DNA from: the human T2T-CHM13v2.0 reference genome, Homo sapiens
Strand: one strand, 5' to 3'
Length of the DNA stretch: 64,000 nucleotides
Assembly (NCBI RefSeq): GCF_009914755.1
Contig: NC_060934.1
Positions 47,571 through 63,444 of the stretch are shown here, in pieces. Position 1 is the stretch's first letter. Every line of letters starts with the position of its first letter. Both the position numbers and the translations under genes were made by a program. The notes beneath the pieces were generated by a model, which had not been told where the DNA came from, did no database searches, and saw only the letters and a program-made list of their open reading frames with translations.

Positions 47571-47999
47571 CATCTGAAGATATCTTCTTTGCTTGTCTAT
47601 ATGGCTGCATTTGAAACTTGCTTTGTTAAAAGCTTTATTGTTTTCTATTTCCCAGTATTTATCTCCTAATCCAAAACAGAGGTTTTCATATATGACAGAA
47701 AAAGTTAAATAGTAAAATGAACCTGAGCAGAACAGTAACTAAAACATCACATTGCTTTCACATAAGTGATTCTCATTTTAGTGGGTTTATATATACATCA
47801 ATACACACCTGTCTTCTTATGTATCTAGCTTAACATTCATTAATAAAACATCTTATATGCTAGGTTCTTTGCAAAGATGATGTATATAATGTCATGTATT
47901 CAGCTGGCTTGTTCTGGTAATAATGAAACAGGAGATATCATTATTGGAGATTTTGATGTAATAGAAGTTTATACTCATTGTCCATGTTCTTATAGTAAT

Positions 48000-49020
<1,021 letters not shown>

Positions 49021-49094
49021 CACACCAGGACTAATTGGTCTCTCTCTTTCCAGGCCAGTCTCATGTTGGTGGCTAGTTGAAAATCCTTGGTTAT

Positions 49095-49520
49095 TTATTA
49101 GTTAGTATATAGGATAACTATTGTGACTATTATGACATATAGACACAAAATGTATGATGGCTCAAACACAATGGAAGCTTCTTTCCTGGTGTTAATAGTC
49201 CAAGGAAGTTCAAGGTCAGTCTTCGTGGTAGGGAGTTCTGCTCCACAGGGTTGTTAAGGTATCCCAGCATATGGAAGGTTTGCCATCTTATGTGTGGCTT
49301 CCTGAGCCACACTAGGCATAGTTATCTAGCTATCAGAAAAGAATATGGAGGACAAACATGAGTAATTTTCATTGACCTGGCTGGAGGAGATGCACATTCT
49401 TTTTTCTCACGTCCTATTTGCTACATTTAACTACAGGGGGAATTAACAAATGTAGACTAACAATGTGTCTAAGAAGAAGAGAAAATTAGTTTGTTGACCA
49501 TTTAGGAGTCTTTGCCACAG
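49095..49520 (-). mobile_element. MLT1 (J-like) LTR
   Basis: atggctcaaacacaatggaag...gtctttgccaca. Confidence 0.6.
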
Positions 49521-49599
49521 GGGAATAAGGATAAAACCAGTTAATCTCTGCATAAAAGAAACTGAATTAGATGAAAATCAGGTCCAGAATAAAACCTAG

Positions 49600-49992
<393 letters not shown>

Positions 49993-50538
49993 TAACCTTT
50001 TGGTTACATACTTCTGTAAACATGTTTGAACATGTATTCTCAGTATACTTATTTTAAAATTGATAAATTACAAAAAGTACCTCCACAGTTTATTATATAT
50101 AGTATTAGCATTATAAACACTTCAACAAGAATATTTAAAAGGATTAGATAATTATGTAATAGATAAGTTTAAAATAAATTTTGAGCTACTCTGCCTGTGG
50201 AGCAGGCCTGCTCTGTCTATGGATCAGCTATTTTCTTGTACTCTGTTGCTCTAATAAACATGCTTTTCTTTAACTCAAAAAAATTTTTTTTTGTTTACTA
50301 AAAGTATAAAACCTTATTTGCTCTTAATTTAGAAATATAAGTGTAATTTTAGGGCCTACTCTCCTTCTATAATGTCTCTTCCAATGCTAAAATATGATAA
50401 TTTCTTTGCTTTTTTGATACCTTAATCTTACGAAATTGTCATATTAAAAAACTACCTTAAATGATATTTTTCTAAATGACTGTAAACATTTCATATGCAT
50501 ACTTGATATTTTTAAATGTAGTATTATCTTTATCACAG

Positions 50539-50573
50539 ATCACTGCCCAAAGCGGAAGACTGATTGAAAAGAG
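50539..50573 (+). CDS. CCDC7: CCDC7 internal coding exon (35 nt, phase 0 to 2): ITAQSGRLIEK(R/S)
   Basis: tatcacag| ... GAG|gtaaaa. In frame with the upstream exon and with the exon at 61701. Confidence 0.88.
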
Positions 50574-51546
50574 GTAAAACACTTTTTAAAAATTTGTTCC
50601 CTCATTTTCTAATCTTTATCAGTTCACATACCTAAGCAATGAAAATAACCATTCTAAATTTAATGTCACAAAACTCTTTGAAACTAATTTTAAGTAGAAA
50701 ATGTTAGAAACTTTAGATATCAAAGTTAGAAGAGTTGATGCAGTCAAAATCAAAATTAAATGAAAAATTTAAATTTAAATTTAAATTAAGGACAATGTAG
50801 AAACAAACTTTTTTTTCCTGACAACAGCAATTAAAATTTCCAGATAGTGAGGAACTAACCCTTATTTTCAACTTAGTTATCATCAAGATGCATGAGCTAG
50901 ATACATAAACAACTTAGTGAAAAATCATTTTTACCTTCCATTTTAACTCAGTTACTATATGCACACATATGTATGTACATGCATACACATAAATAATTGA
51001 GTTGATTGATTCATCCAATTAAATCTTATAGTTTTCACTAGTGAGTCTCTTTGATTAGTATATTATGATCGACTCACAGACTTTCTTGATTCACATTACC
51101 ATGGAGTAAAGAGGAATTACCTAGAAGTATGCATTTATGTACTTCATTGCCATTTTAAATATTTATGGATTATAGACCCAGGTGAATTAGCAAGAATTAG
51201 GTAATAAGTGTAATGATTAATGGCCAGAAGTTTTGAAAATGTTCATTTTAAATGTTTGTAGTGAATGTTTATATTTATATGTTTTAAATACTAACTAAAC
51301 ATATACTAAAATCTATATGTTTTAAATACAATGTCCAAGAGAAAATTAGACGTTGGTCCACTTGTTGCTTTGCAAACTTATAATGGTTGGTTTCTTATTA
51401 TTGATTTCTTTATATTTTAAATATGTATAGTCAGTATTATAAACATTTGAGAATGTATAAGAAAAAGTATTAATAATTATCTTCAACAGTAATGGGAACT
51501 TATGTATCATGTAGAAATAGGAAGGAATAAAGCAAAAGCATGGTGC

Positions 51547-51943
<397 letters not shown>

Positions 51944-52489
51944 TGAAAATCCTACAGAGCCAGTAGTTTATCACCCTGAAGAACATGAGGTGGTTAACTT
52001 TTGATATAAGTTGTTTTAATATTGAACATTTAGTTGCTGCTGATAAATGTGATAGGCTCTTTGTACATTGGTAAATCTCAGAAAATAGAAACACTGGCTT
52101 ACAAAAAGCATTTTAAAGAGAGTTTCTGGTCTCTATGAAGACATGGTAAGGCAGTTTCAGTTACTTTCCATGGGTGTTTGGAAAAATCTTAAAGAGGGGT
52201 TATGATAATGTTACCTAGTGAGTTATTACCCCTGGCAGCCCTCATTCTACTTTTCTGATAAGTCACATTTTAGAATTTTAATGGGAAGTGATAGAATGGA
52301 AGAAGGGTTCAATGGAGAACAACAGAATGAGGATGATGGGGAATATAGTACATCAAGATTAAAAAAATCATAGAATGGATATATCAAATAATTCCTCTTA
52401 AATGCCTTTTTCCCCCTAGAAATGTTGATTGATGTAATAACTTCAGGAGGAAGATTATTTTAATTCATTTCAATTCAGTTTAGCTCTAA

Positions 52490-52930
52490 TGAGGAAACAC
52501 TGACTGAGCATCTATGCTGTGCAAGGCACTGTGCTGGGTATTATGGGATATAAAGGGCTTCAAATATATGGTCATTGCCCTCAATGCATTAACAGTCTAG
52601 TAGGGCCGACTAGACATGTACAAAAATAAGTGAAGTATAATGCAGACGTTGCATTCTATAAAACATTACCAAGAAGCTACATCAAAGAAGAGGAAAAGCT
52701 ATTTCTGACTGGATTAAGAATTACATACCATTTAATTTTAGAAAGATGGTTGGGTTGGATTTTAACAGGGAAATGTGAGGAAAGGGTGTGCCAAGTGGAC
52801 AGAACTTTGCTTTGAGGCAAAGATGAAGATGTTTAGAATCTATACAGTGTGCTCAGGAAGAGGCCAAAAATTCATTTTGTTTGCATCCTAGACTAAGGAC
52901 AATAATGGGAAATATGAGATGAAATAGGTT
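52490..52930 (-). mobile_element. L2 3' fragment; a second one lies at ~53585-53870
   Basis: actgagcatctatgctgtgcaaggcactgtgctggg is the typical antisense L2 3' end. Confidence 0.65.
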
Positions 52931-53109
52931 GTTTCAGCTTGATAGGTTTTATAGAATTGCACTTAATAGCTTTAGGTTAATTATTATATATTATATAATA
53001 ATATAATATATTACATATTATATTATGTTGCTAAATATAATAAAAATTCAAACTATTAAGCACATGGCACAATATTATTCATCAACCTTCATTTTGGGTT
53101 ACTTCTTAG

Positions 53110-53116
53110 ATGCTAA
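53110..53116 (+). CDS. CCDC7: Coding part of the alternative terminal exon of the short CCDC7 isoform (AG|A TGC TAA = R-C-stop); the exon continues as 3'UTR to about 53240
   Basis: Acceptor ttcttag| at 53109. Reproduces the C-terminus ...LIEKRC that I recall for short CCDC7. AATAAA lies about 100 nt downstream. Confidence 0.75.
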
Positions 53117-53218
53117 TAGAGTTTCTGAAATACTTTGGAAAAGTCTCCCAAACCTTCAGAGAGTGGATGGGAGCGAAGTAAGGAGACCCCACCTGAGCAG
53201 ATACATGGTATTGCTTAC

Positions 53219-53224
53219 AATAAA
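53219..53224 (+). terminator. Poly(A) signal AATAAA of the short isoform
   Basis: Canonical hexamer followed by T-rich sequence (tttttgctcttt), just after the stop-containing exon. Confidence 0.65.
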
Positions 53225-55227
53225 GTACATTTTTGCTCTTTACAACATTTATCAGTTTATTTTGGCTTAGGGAATGAGTTAGTGGTAAATAGTTAATCAA
53301 ACAATAGATTTTAATAATTTATTGTTTCACATCATGTGCGTTGTTAGCTTTTCTTAAATGTTTTGTGGCATTGAAATTCACACTTTTTAGAAATGAAAAT
53401 GTGAACTAATTCATGGTGTTTTATTTTGAAGAGTTACACAGTCAACCTAGTTCTTTCTAAATACTTTCATTAGGACTTTCATTATTACTTGGGTTTGCTA
53501 TCAAGCACGAAAACATACAAGAGAAGAGTGTTGGAACATGTCCATTTTTTTTCTCCATAGATTAGATGATTAGCTGTTAAATTTACTCATTCATTTATTC
53601 ACCCAACTCATTCAAGAGATACTTTTGTCACCTTCATATGTCCAGTTCTCTTTTGGGTATTGTGTTTTACTGAAAAATCAGACAGATAAGATGCCTTTTC
53701 TTGTGGTACTTACATTATAACAGGAGAGACAAAAAATAAACAAGTAAAAATAAATGAACAAGATAATTTTAGAGACTAATACATGGAGATAATGAAACTA
53801 CATATCTGACAGTCACAGGGAAGGATAATTTAGATTGGGTGGTCAAGGAAGGTATTAACAATGAAGAAAAGGCATTATCTAATTGTGAAATAAAGGCTGT
53901 TAAAATATTTTGTTTCTTTTCAATTTTTATCAAAATAAATTTCTGCAAATGAAAATGTATGTTATAACTAAAAGATCTAGACTAGAGGAGCTTTTAATAT
54001 CCTCAGTTAACTGTTACACAAGGGGCATATTACTAGTGACCCAAATAGTACGCATAAGGTAGATTTTATAGAGGAAACCTTGCAATCCAGGAAGCAATAG
54101 AGGATATAATATCCCCTGAGCTGTCATTATTCCGTAGAGAAATAGACTTAGATTAAGCAAAGCTGGATTCACCATAGAAGATGCTCCTGAGAGGAACCCC
54201 CTTCTCACATATCACTTCACAAAATTATAGGGGAATTGGGAGGGCATAGAGAGCACCTAGTCAACCATGTATCACTGAGAGCTTCCTGGTTGGGGCAGTG
54301 GCCTTGTTGGAAAAAGGGAGAAGGGAGTATGTACTTTGTATACCAATGTAGCTGGTATCAGTGAGTCAAACAGTCCTGGTGAGCCAGCTCTGTGAAACCA
54401 CAAAAAGAGGGAAGAAAGAGAATCACCGGGACCATCCGTAAATAAAGATTTGCCTCACTGCTGTCTATCCTTTGATCTTAGAGACTCATTATTATAGATC
54501 TCTCCATCAGCCCTGGCTGACACCTGGTTCTGAGCATACCAATTTCCTTAGTATTGTCTGGGAGAAGAATATTAGTAAGGTCACCAGCTGGGTTAGATGA
54601 GGATGTAGAACCAACATCCTAATAAGTTCACATTATGAACTCTTTTTCCTGGCCAAGCACAGAAACCTTTGTTTAGGAATGTCTGTTCCATATCTGCCAT
54701 AGGAAAGAGAAAGTCGTTCATCACCTCCCTTGAACATCCATCTCCAACCATTTCCCAGGGTCAGATATGTTCACATCTGACAAACAGATCTGTTTTTCTC
54801 CATGGAGATGAGCCAGATTGTCCTTTGTCTGGAATGATAGTTCAGTGGGGACCCCAAAGTTACCATTTTGCCATCATAGGTCACCTGCAGGTTTCAAAGA
54901 GGATGTCTGCAGCACCATCTGTTGCTTTTAAATGAGCAATATGTTGTGTGTTCCCATGCACTGAGGTCAAAGCAAAGGGGGTTAAAAAAAAAAAAAAAAG
55001 AAAAGGAGTATACTATTCCTCTTGAAATGATATTTTTCTCTACTCCCTAACTTCTAGGTGCTTTGGAGTTTAACCATGGTAAGAGGGGCCCTTGCTTGGT
55101 ACGGTAGCCTATAGCTTGTAAACAATTAGGGAAAACTGGACTGACAAGCCTTGTGGAGGTTGTTTTCAAAAAGGCTGCCTTAAATGGCAAGTAGAATAAG
55201 CCTGATGGACAACAGTGGCCTGTGTGT

Positions 55228-55495
55228 CTTTTTTTTTTTTTTTTTTTTTGAGATAGGGTATCACTTTGTCCCCTAGGCTGGAGTGCAGTGGCACCATCAT
55301 GGCTTACTGCTTCTTCAACCTCCCACACTGAAGCCATCCTCCCACCTTAGCTGTCTGATTGGCGGGGACCACAGGCATGCATCACCATGCCCAGCCAATT
55401 GTTTTATTTTTTATAGAGACTCAGTCTCCCTATGTTGCCCAGGCTGGTCTAGAACTCCTGGACTCAGGGACTTTTCGCACCTCAGCTTCCTAAAG
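55228..55495 (-). mobile_element. AluJ, 5'-truncated
   Basis: Antisense diverged Alu with poly(T). Confidence 0.88.
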
Positions 55496-55761
55496 ACTTC
55501 TATGTCTTTTGAATAAATTCCTTATTGGCCATTGTGTTCCTTCATAGCGGGATGGATTTGAACAGGGACCCAAGACTATACTGGAGATGATGGTTACACA
55601 TTCTTAATTGGCTTTTTCATGTCACATGTTTTCCTTTAGATTCAGTTCTTTCTCATGGACATATAAACATAGAATATAAGAATTGAGCTTGTGACTAAGT
55701 TGTTGTAACTATTTCCTTGGGCAAATGTTACCTCAGAAAAGCATGTGTAAAGAGTTCTGTT

Positions 55762-56054
55762 GGCCAGGTGTGGTGGCTCACGCCTGTAATCCCAGCATTT
55801 TGGGGAGGCTGAGGCAGGCAGATCACGAGGTCAAGAGTTCAAGACCAGCCTGGCCAATATGGTGAAACCCCATCTCTACTAAAAATACAAAAATTAGCTG
55901 GGCATGGTCGTGCGCGCCTGTAGTCCCAGCTACTTAGGAGGCTGAGGCAGAGGAATCACTTGAACCTGGGAGGCGGAGGTTGCAGTGAGCTGAGATCGTG
56001 CCACTGGGTGACAGAGCGAGACTCCATCTCAAAAATAAAATAAAATAAAATAAA
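55762..56054 (+). mobile_element. AluS
   Basis: (AAAAT)n tail. TSD aaagagttctgt. Confidence 0.95.
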
Positions 56055-56951
56055 GAGTTCTGTCCTAGGGAACCCAATAGCCTGACAGTGTAACTAGGCT
56101 CATTACTAATGGCTCATTAGTCTTTATAATAGTGCAATTCAGTCAATCTGAGGAGATTGTGCTCTATGGCCATGAAGAATGCCTGAAGTTTACCCAGTTT
56201 TGAAGCATGTCCAATACCATGGGATCTCAACAACTCACCATCATTATGGTGAAGGAATGTATCACTCCATAAGATTTTATGACCTTTGAGAGAGGCTTTT
56301 CCATTAGTGAATCATGCTTTCTTGTCAGGTGGCAAATCTTTCAGGCAAGTGCCTTACTGAGTCAATGGCTTGTTTAAAACAGCAGAGGGATCTCTGTGCC
56401 TGTGAGTGTAGGGCCATATTTTATGAATTTGTCTAAGGTCTAATTGATTGGATGTGCTATATCCCCCTTTTAATAGAATTTTCCTGGGCATGTACCACCT
56501 TATCAGATTTTGGATTAGAGAAGACCCATAATGCGATAGGAATGTCGGGTTGAAGAGTGAGAAAAGTCTGCCCCATTAGGGCTCAGTAATAGGCTAGCAG
56601 TCACTGGCATGTGCCACTCAGCAGGAGAAGAAAATCATTTCATCCAAAGATGTAGGAAATGACAAATAACTTGAAGTATTTTTGCCAAAAGCTTCCGTCA
56701 GAAAATGGTTTCTTACAGGTATGTGTAATCCCATGAGTTTGAAAGATACGGCAAAATCTAAAGTTAGAACTTGTTTTTAGGATGCCTAGACCTCTTCCAA
56801 GGCATGTTAATATATGGGCTTCTATTTTAAATTAGTTGCATTGATATAGTGCTTTGAAGAATCACCAGGTGTAAAATGTGATATCACCACTACCTAACAA
56901 GGAAAATCGTTTGTGGTTGGGACTGGAGGCCCGATAAATTTTCCTTTAAAG

Positions 56952-57474
56952 CAGCAGTTTCCTGCCTTTTTAGCACCAGGGACCAGTTTCGTGGAAGACT
57001 CCACAGACCAGGATGGAGGGGGTGGTTTCAGGATGATTCAAGCACATTACCTTTATTGTACACTTTATTATTATTATTATTTCATTATAATATATAATGA
57101 AATAATTATACAACTCACCTTAATGTAGAGTCAGTGGGAGCCCTGAGCTTGTTTTCCTGCAACTAGATGGTCCCATCTGGGGGTGATGGGAGACAGTGAC
57201 AGATCATCAGACATTAGGTTCTCGTAAGGAGCACGCAAACTAGATACCTCACATGTGAAGTTAACAATAGGATTTGTGCTTCTATGAGAAACTAATGCGG
57301 CTGCTGATCTGACAGGAGGTGGAGCTCAGGTGGTAATGCAAGCGATGGGAGAGTGGCTGTAAATACAGAGGAAGCTTTGCTTGCTCACTCGCCACTCACC
57401 TCCTGTTGTGTTGCCCAGTTCCTAACAGGCCATGGACTGGTATCAGTTTGTGGTCCAGGGGTTGGGGATGCCTG
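56952..57474 (+). mobile_element. MER1A (hAT-Charlie non-autonomous DNA transposon)
   Basis: 523 bp with cag...ctg ends. Near-8-bp TSD ctttaaag/ctttaagt. Internal gcaccagggaccagtttcgtggaagac and gggagccctgagcttgttttcctgcaactaga. Confidence 0.88.
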
Positions 57475-58219
57475 CTTTAAGTGATATAGAATGTATCTTT
57501 TTGATGCTGTCCAGATGATGACTGCCTTCTCCAAATTTATCTGAATAACAGGGCCCTGGATCATTTAAAGTTATCTTTAATCAGGTATGCCTAGACAACA
57601 TGTAATGTTTCTTCGGTGTTGATCACAGTCATCAGTGTGATATAATATCTGGAGATTCTAGCAATGCACATTTTACTGGGTTTTGTCCCACATTGAAAAT
57701 GTGTAACAGGAATTAAAACATTCTCAAGAAGGATTATTAAAGGTATATGTACTAATCTTGGCATATCTTGCCAAATCCTCAGCTACATATGTGTGTCAGT
57801 AGTGGCAGCAATTTATTCTATAGCTTGTGTAAGGACAGAGACTGGAGTAAGTAGAGCTGTTTCTTTCCTTGTTTAAGTTTCAGTAGTCCACTATGGAGTG
57901 TCAAGTACTAGTTTTTGTTTTTTTTTTCTTAACCAAACAGACTAGCATTGCATAGTGCATTGATTACATTTTGTTTGAAAAATACTTTATTTTTATGTTT
58001 CTTGTATGAAATATTATGGAATGATCTTGCCAGTTCAGACAGGTTTTCACCATGTGCTTGGCCAGCCATTATGGAGGTTATCAATAGATAATTATCCAAC
58101 TAATATGGCTGTGTACCTGTTCTCGGTTTAATAATTCAGAATGTCCTTATATCAATTATATAATCTGAGAAAGAAACAGCAAACAGTATTAATATAGAGT
58201 ACAAAAATAGTAGCCTTGT

Positions 58220-58375
58220 GTGTTTGGGTTCCCCAAGACTACTGCCCTCACTAGGAGAGCTCACAGCACTCATCAAATAGTCATTACGATGACCATGATT
58301 TATTACATAAAAAGGATGCAAAGCAAAATGAGCAAAGGGAAAATGTGCATGGTAAAAATCCAAAAGAAACATCCT
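58220..58375 (-). mobile_element. MER21 LTR fragment
   Basis: ccccaagacta...gatttattaca...aaggatgcaaagcaaaatgagcaaagggaaaa. Confidence 0.7.
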
Positions 58376-59515
58376 ACTTAATCTGAGATTATGGTGTCCC
58401 GTAATTCCTTAGCTACCTGATCACTATAGCCATTCTCACTGAGAACAAGCAATTTGTTCTTTCTTGAGTTTTTAAGACTATATACGATATGGACACTGAG
58501 ATATTGGCCATTTCAACTTAGTAGTTTGTCTGGTATAAGGCTTCCAATGGGGTTATTTCCCACTTCAGCGGTAGCCCAAACTCTCTGTTTTTCAAAAGCT
58601 GTAACATACACGAGTCACATACCACTAGCTACACATAACAAGGTTTATTGAGAAAAACTTACAAGCAGAATAGCGAGCAGAGCACATTGCAATATTGCAG
58701 TTATCAATGAAGGACCTTGAGAGTCTCTGCCAAGCTACCAAGTAGGGAAGGGAGATATTAACCGAGGCCATTCAGAAACATGTTTGTCATTCTCATTAAC
58801 TGATGACTTTTTTTTTCTAGTAAGAGAATAGTTTTTCTTTTATCCTATATAATTTCCCCATAGTTTGAGTTCCATTTCTGATTATTTCAGTAATAGCATT
58901 GCTGGTGGAGCTAGATGTAGCTAGGCAACATTGTCAGCATAAGAATTATTTATACATTTACAAACTATTTCTAAGCAGTCCATCACCCTAATTTTCTTTA
59001 AGTTAATAATTTCAAGTGTTTTAACCTTTTATCTTTTCCAGGCTCTTAGTCATCTTGGACTTTTACTGAACCTTTAAAACTTTTTGACTTTCTTTTCAGT
59101 TGAGGAGCCTAAAACTAGTCACTATGAATATTTTGATCAACATTAATTGTATTGTATTGTAAAAACTATCAAAATATTTATAACTTTTGACTTTTATAAC
59201 ACCTATATTGAAATTTTTCTATAAAATTGATTTTTAGAATCATGTTAGTTTGTACTGTATTACAAACTTCGGGTCCTAGATATTTTTGTTTTTCTTGTAT
59301 ATAGGAATGAGTTCCACATGTTGTATTGTTGCAGATAAGAATATCAATAATATTTTATTAGTATTTTATTGATAATTTGTCTCGTATTTGCATTGATAAT
59401 TAAAAATTCAGTGTAACATAAATACCTGTGAGAGTTTTTTTCCCTAAGGGGAGAGGATATGGATTGGGGGTTGTGTTGACATTTTAGAAAATGGATGGAG
59501 TTAAGGAAAGTTCCG

Positions 59516-59606
59516 GAAAAAGAAAGTATTGGAAAGAAAAAAAAAATAAAGAGGGCAGTTTGAAAAAGAAGGTATTAGAAAGAAAAAAAAATAAAGAGGG
59601 CAGTTT
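59516..59606. repeat. Tandem duplication, ~46 bp x2
   Basis: gaaaaagaaRgtattRgaaagaaaaaaaaa(a)taaagagggcagttt occurs twice. Confidence 0.92.
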
Positions 59607-60084
59607 GGGCAGTTAACATTCAATGACATTTTCCATTTTGTCTGATTTAAGAATTATGAAGTGTCCATGATTATATGCATAATAAATAGTGCCCTTGTAC
59701 ATCTATTTGCTTAGTAAGAAAAGGATGCAATGCTCAGATCTTCAGAGTTAACAAATGCTTTTGCAAGCAGGAAGAGATACACTCTTTATACCACTTCAGT
59801 GATGTTGAAGACTGTCATGTAGAGTGCTGTCAATATGCTTATATAAAAGCTGCTAAAATACATGCTCATAATTAGACTATTATACGGTAGTATTTAGACA
59901 TGGAGTGATTATTAGAGAGTCTTAATCTAAAGCAGACAGTGAATGACACAAATTTAGTAAGATTTATAAACTGTATTTTGGTTGTTTTTGGCAATTCACC
60001 AAATAATTGGGAGGGTGAAAACAACTTGCTTTATTATTATTTTCTTTGTGGCTATAGGCTGCCTTCTATAGTCATCATTGCTGT

Positions 60085-60158
60085 TCTCCTCCTCCTCCTC
60101 CTTCAACTCCTCCTCTTCCTTCTCCTCATTCTCCTCTTTCTCTTCCTCCTCCTCCTTC
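60085..60158. repeat. (CCT/CTT)n low-complexity tract
   Basis: Directly visible. Confidence 0.92.
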
Positions 60159-61084
60159 ACCATCTAATCAGTAGGGCTTTGAAAGTATTTCCACATCTCT
60201 TTGACTGGCACAAGCTTGAATACAGCATTGCTTGCACACCTTCCTAGTAGTTTTTATTCCTGACCCCCTCAGTGGAAGTATCATGGTTGTTATGCTGTGG
60301 TTCCTTATGGTTGCAAGAGACAACAGAAGTGGGGAAAGCCTGAACGTGGGAATATGGTTATAAATGTACAGTATATTAGCATTTAAGGCATTGTTCTTTG
60401 TATTGCCACATATTTTCTCATTGTTATAAGAAAATTGCCTGTGTAGAATCAAGTGATTAATGATGTCCCCTAATAACCATTTCAGAATCTTAAAAAACAT
60501 TTGCTTTCTATTTTTAGCTATGTGATAATATTAGTGTTGGGGTGGTGGTTTGTGAATAACTGTAACAAATAGTGTCCAGATGAGTGTTAGACTTTATTTT
60601 AGAACTAATCATCTTAAATTCAAACACCTAATAGAACTAATAAATCAGGTTTGAGAATGAGATGCTATCCTTAATTTAGGATAGGAAGCCAGCTATTCTC
60701 TTTACTTTTAATATGGCAATTTGCTTTATAATGCCACTACAAAAGTCTGTTTGTCATAAATTCTATGTTTTTTTAAACTGTCAGCACTATATATATATAT
60801 ATATACACTTTTTTTTTCAGAGCTGTCCTCTCCACCCCACTCCCCTTTTTTATAACCCAAACTTTGCAGTTCAAAATTCATTCTAAACTAACAAACGTAG
60901 GATAGGTGGCAGTAGGTACATTGAAAAATTTTTCTTCTGTGAGACCAAACTTCAAATTATTTTAAACACTTTGCAACAAACCTTAGGCAAATTATGTCAA
61001 CTGGGGTAATAGCTGTTCAAAACAAAATGCATCAAATTCTGTTGCATTTCATAGGACTAGGAAAGCTTTGTTAAATTTTTATAT

Positions 61085-61179
61085 AGTTTGATCACTTAAA
61101 TTATCATCTAAACTAGAATGTTGGGACAACAAGCAGAAACTGGGATTGTGCATGCAAACTGTGACACCTGGTTACCCTA
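61085..61179 (+). mobile_element. MER94-like (hAT-Blackjack) fragment
   Basis: aattatcatctaaact...gggacaacaagcagaaactgggattgt...tggttacccta. Confidence 0.55.
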
Positions 61180-61698
61180 GTTCTGGAATCCAGAAAGCTG
61201 ATCCTTTGGCAACTGGTAGAGAATAAATACCCCTTATCTTAAAGAAAACTAACTCAGAGCTTGGGAAATTGACTTTGGTGAAAGATGGTGATCTTTTAAT
61301 GTCAAAGTGACTGTGGAGATATTTTAATTTTCATTCTGAAATAAAATTGTGGAAAAATAATTTTGGAATAAATGTGACTAAAGGGTAAATCTCCAAACCA
61401 TCCTATGTTCTACTTTGGCTGAGTAAATTTTTCTTGTTCTATGGCTTACAACCTTGAATAATGATTATATTGGAGTATTTTAAATGATTTCCTTAGTATT
61501 ATGTATCCCTTTAAATCACAGGACATATGTTACTATCTTCAACTTGTTACCTAGCATCAATTTCATATTGGAATAACCATAAACTAATGAGTAATTATAC
61601 TTACTTATTTAATATCCTTATATATTATTAAAATGATTCTTCAGTTGCAAATAAAATGGTCTTCACATAATCTAATACCAGATGTTTTATAATTCTAA

Positions 61699-61977
<279 letters not shown>

Positions 61978-62871
61978 TGATATATATAGAAACTTGAAAG
62001 CTGTTTATTTCATATTGCTCCTTCAATAAATAAATGCTAACCCATTTAAATGGGTTAAAAATTCAATATTTTCTTATTTCAAGAGAATTAAAAGTTTGCC
62101 TTTTAACACAACCCACTTTATATTTAGAATGCTGAAAGTAATATTTGGGAATCTAAGTAATATTCTTAACTTATAAAAATTGTTTAATATTGATTAAAAA
62201 GTTGTGGGTTACATTTTAGTTTTAATGGTAATATAAAAGATATGTCATTCTGAGATAAGGGAAATTTTCATAGTTTTCAGCTTCATCTACAAAAAAAATT
62301 TTTATACAATAAGATGATTGTAAAAGCAAACTAATTTTGAAACAATTTTATATAGGTCTCTAAACAAGACCTAGAAAATTTTTAGAATTGCTTTTGTTAA
62401 AAAGCATTTAATTAGGAAATTCTCAGGGCAAAAATGCTGGGAAAAAGGGAAAAGATAAAAGGGCTGTACATATTTGACATGTATCCACAATATATTTTTA
62501 TCATACATTTTATTAAAGTATTCCTATAATAATAATTTTGTAAGCCATTTGAGTTCTTCTAAAGATTGAAACAGACTAAAATATAAATCTAAACAAGAAT
62601 CTTAATAATTATTAACACTATTTGCTTAGAACTATTTGCGAGGGAAAAATCACAATATTGCCTGGGCACCCTCCTTGCTATTCAGTGTTCCCAATTGCCT
62701 CTCAGGTCCATTAATTGTTCTGACTTTTTAATTTGATACATTCAGGAAATAATGAAAAATAAAATGTTTCTGCAATGACATTGTAGATGAGAGCAAAAAG
62801 CTAGCTCTTTTTCTCAAAGCAGGTAATTAAATACCAGTCTTGATATATATATATATGTATATAATTTCTAA

Positions 62872-63003
<132 letters not shown>

Positions 63004-63142
63004 TGATTGAATGATTATGTGTTTCCATGATATAATTATAAATAAATGAGGGGAAAACATTATTAAATATACAAACAACTTGTTAGGGAGTCACTGGATA
63101 GCATACAAATATAACGACAATTATATAAAAATTATCTCGGTG

Positions 63143-63444
<302 letters not shown>

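Larger units (their letters stand above)
54010..58120 (-). mobile_element. Highly decayed ERVL-like internal (pol) remnant, interrupted by two Alus and MER1A
   Basis: Minus-strand vestiges resemble RT (IQGP near 57550) and RNase H (FTNG, cf. WFTDG, near 56305). No long ORF. Confidence 0.45.

Noticed and set aside
50170-50275. Short LTR-like 3' end with AATAAA upstream of the 35-nt exon, as a possible intronic poly(A) site
   Set aside because: Family not identifiable and no evidence of use; AATAAA is frequent in this AT-rich DNA.
53025-53270. 81-aa ORF overlapping the terminal exon
   Set aside because: It starts in AT-rich intron, and its frame is incompatible with the phases of the flanking CCDC7 exons.
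58500-59350. Possible ERVL LTR/primer-binding site and an L3/CR1 fragment
   Set aside because: Too degenerate to support by eye.
59939-60247. 102-aa ORF with a poly-Leu, membrane-like stretch
   Set aside because: It is the translation of a (CCT/CTT)n tract, with a non-ATG start and no splice support.
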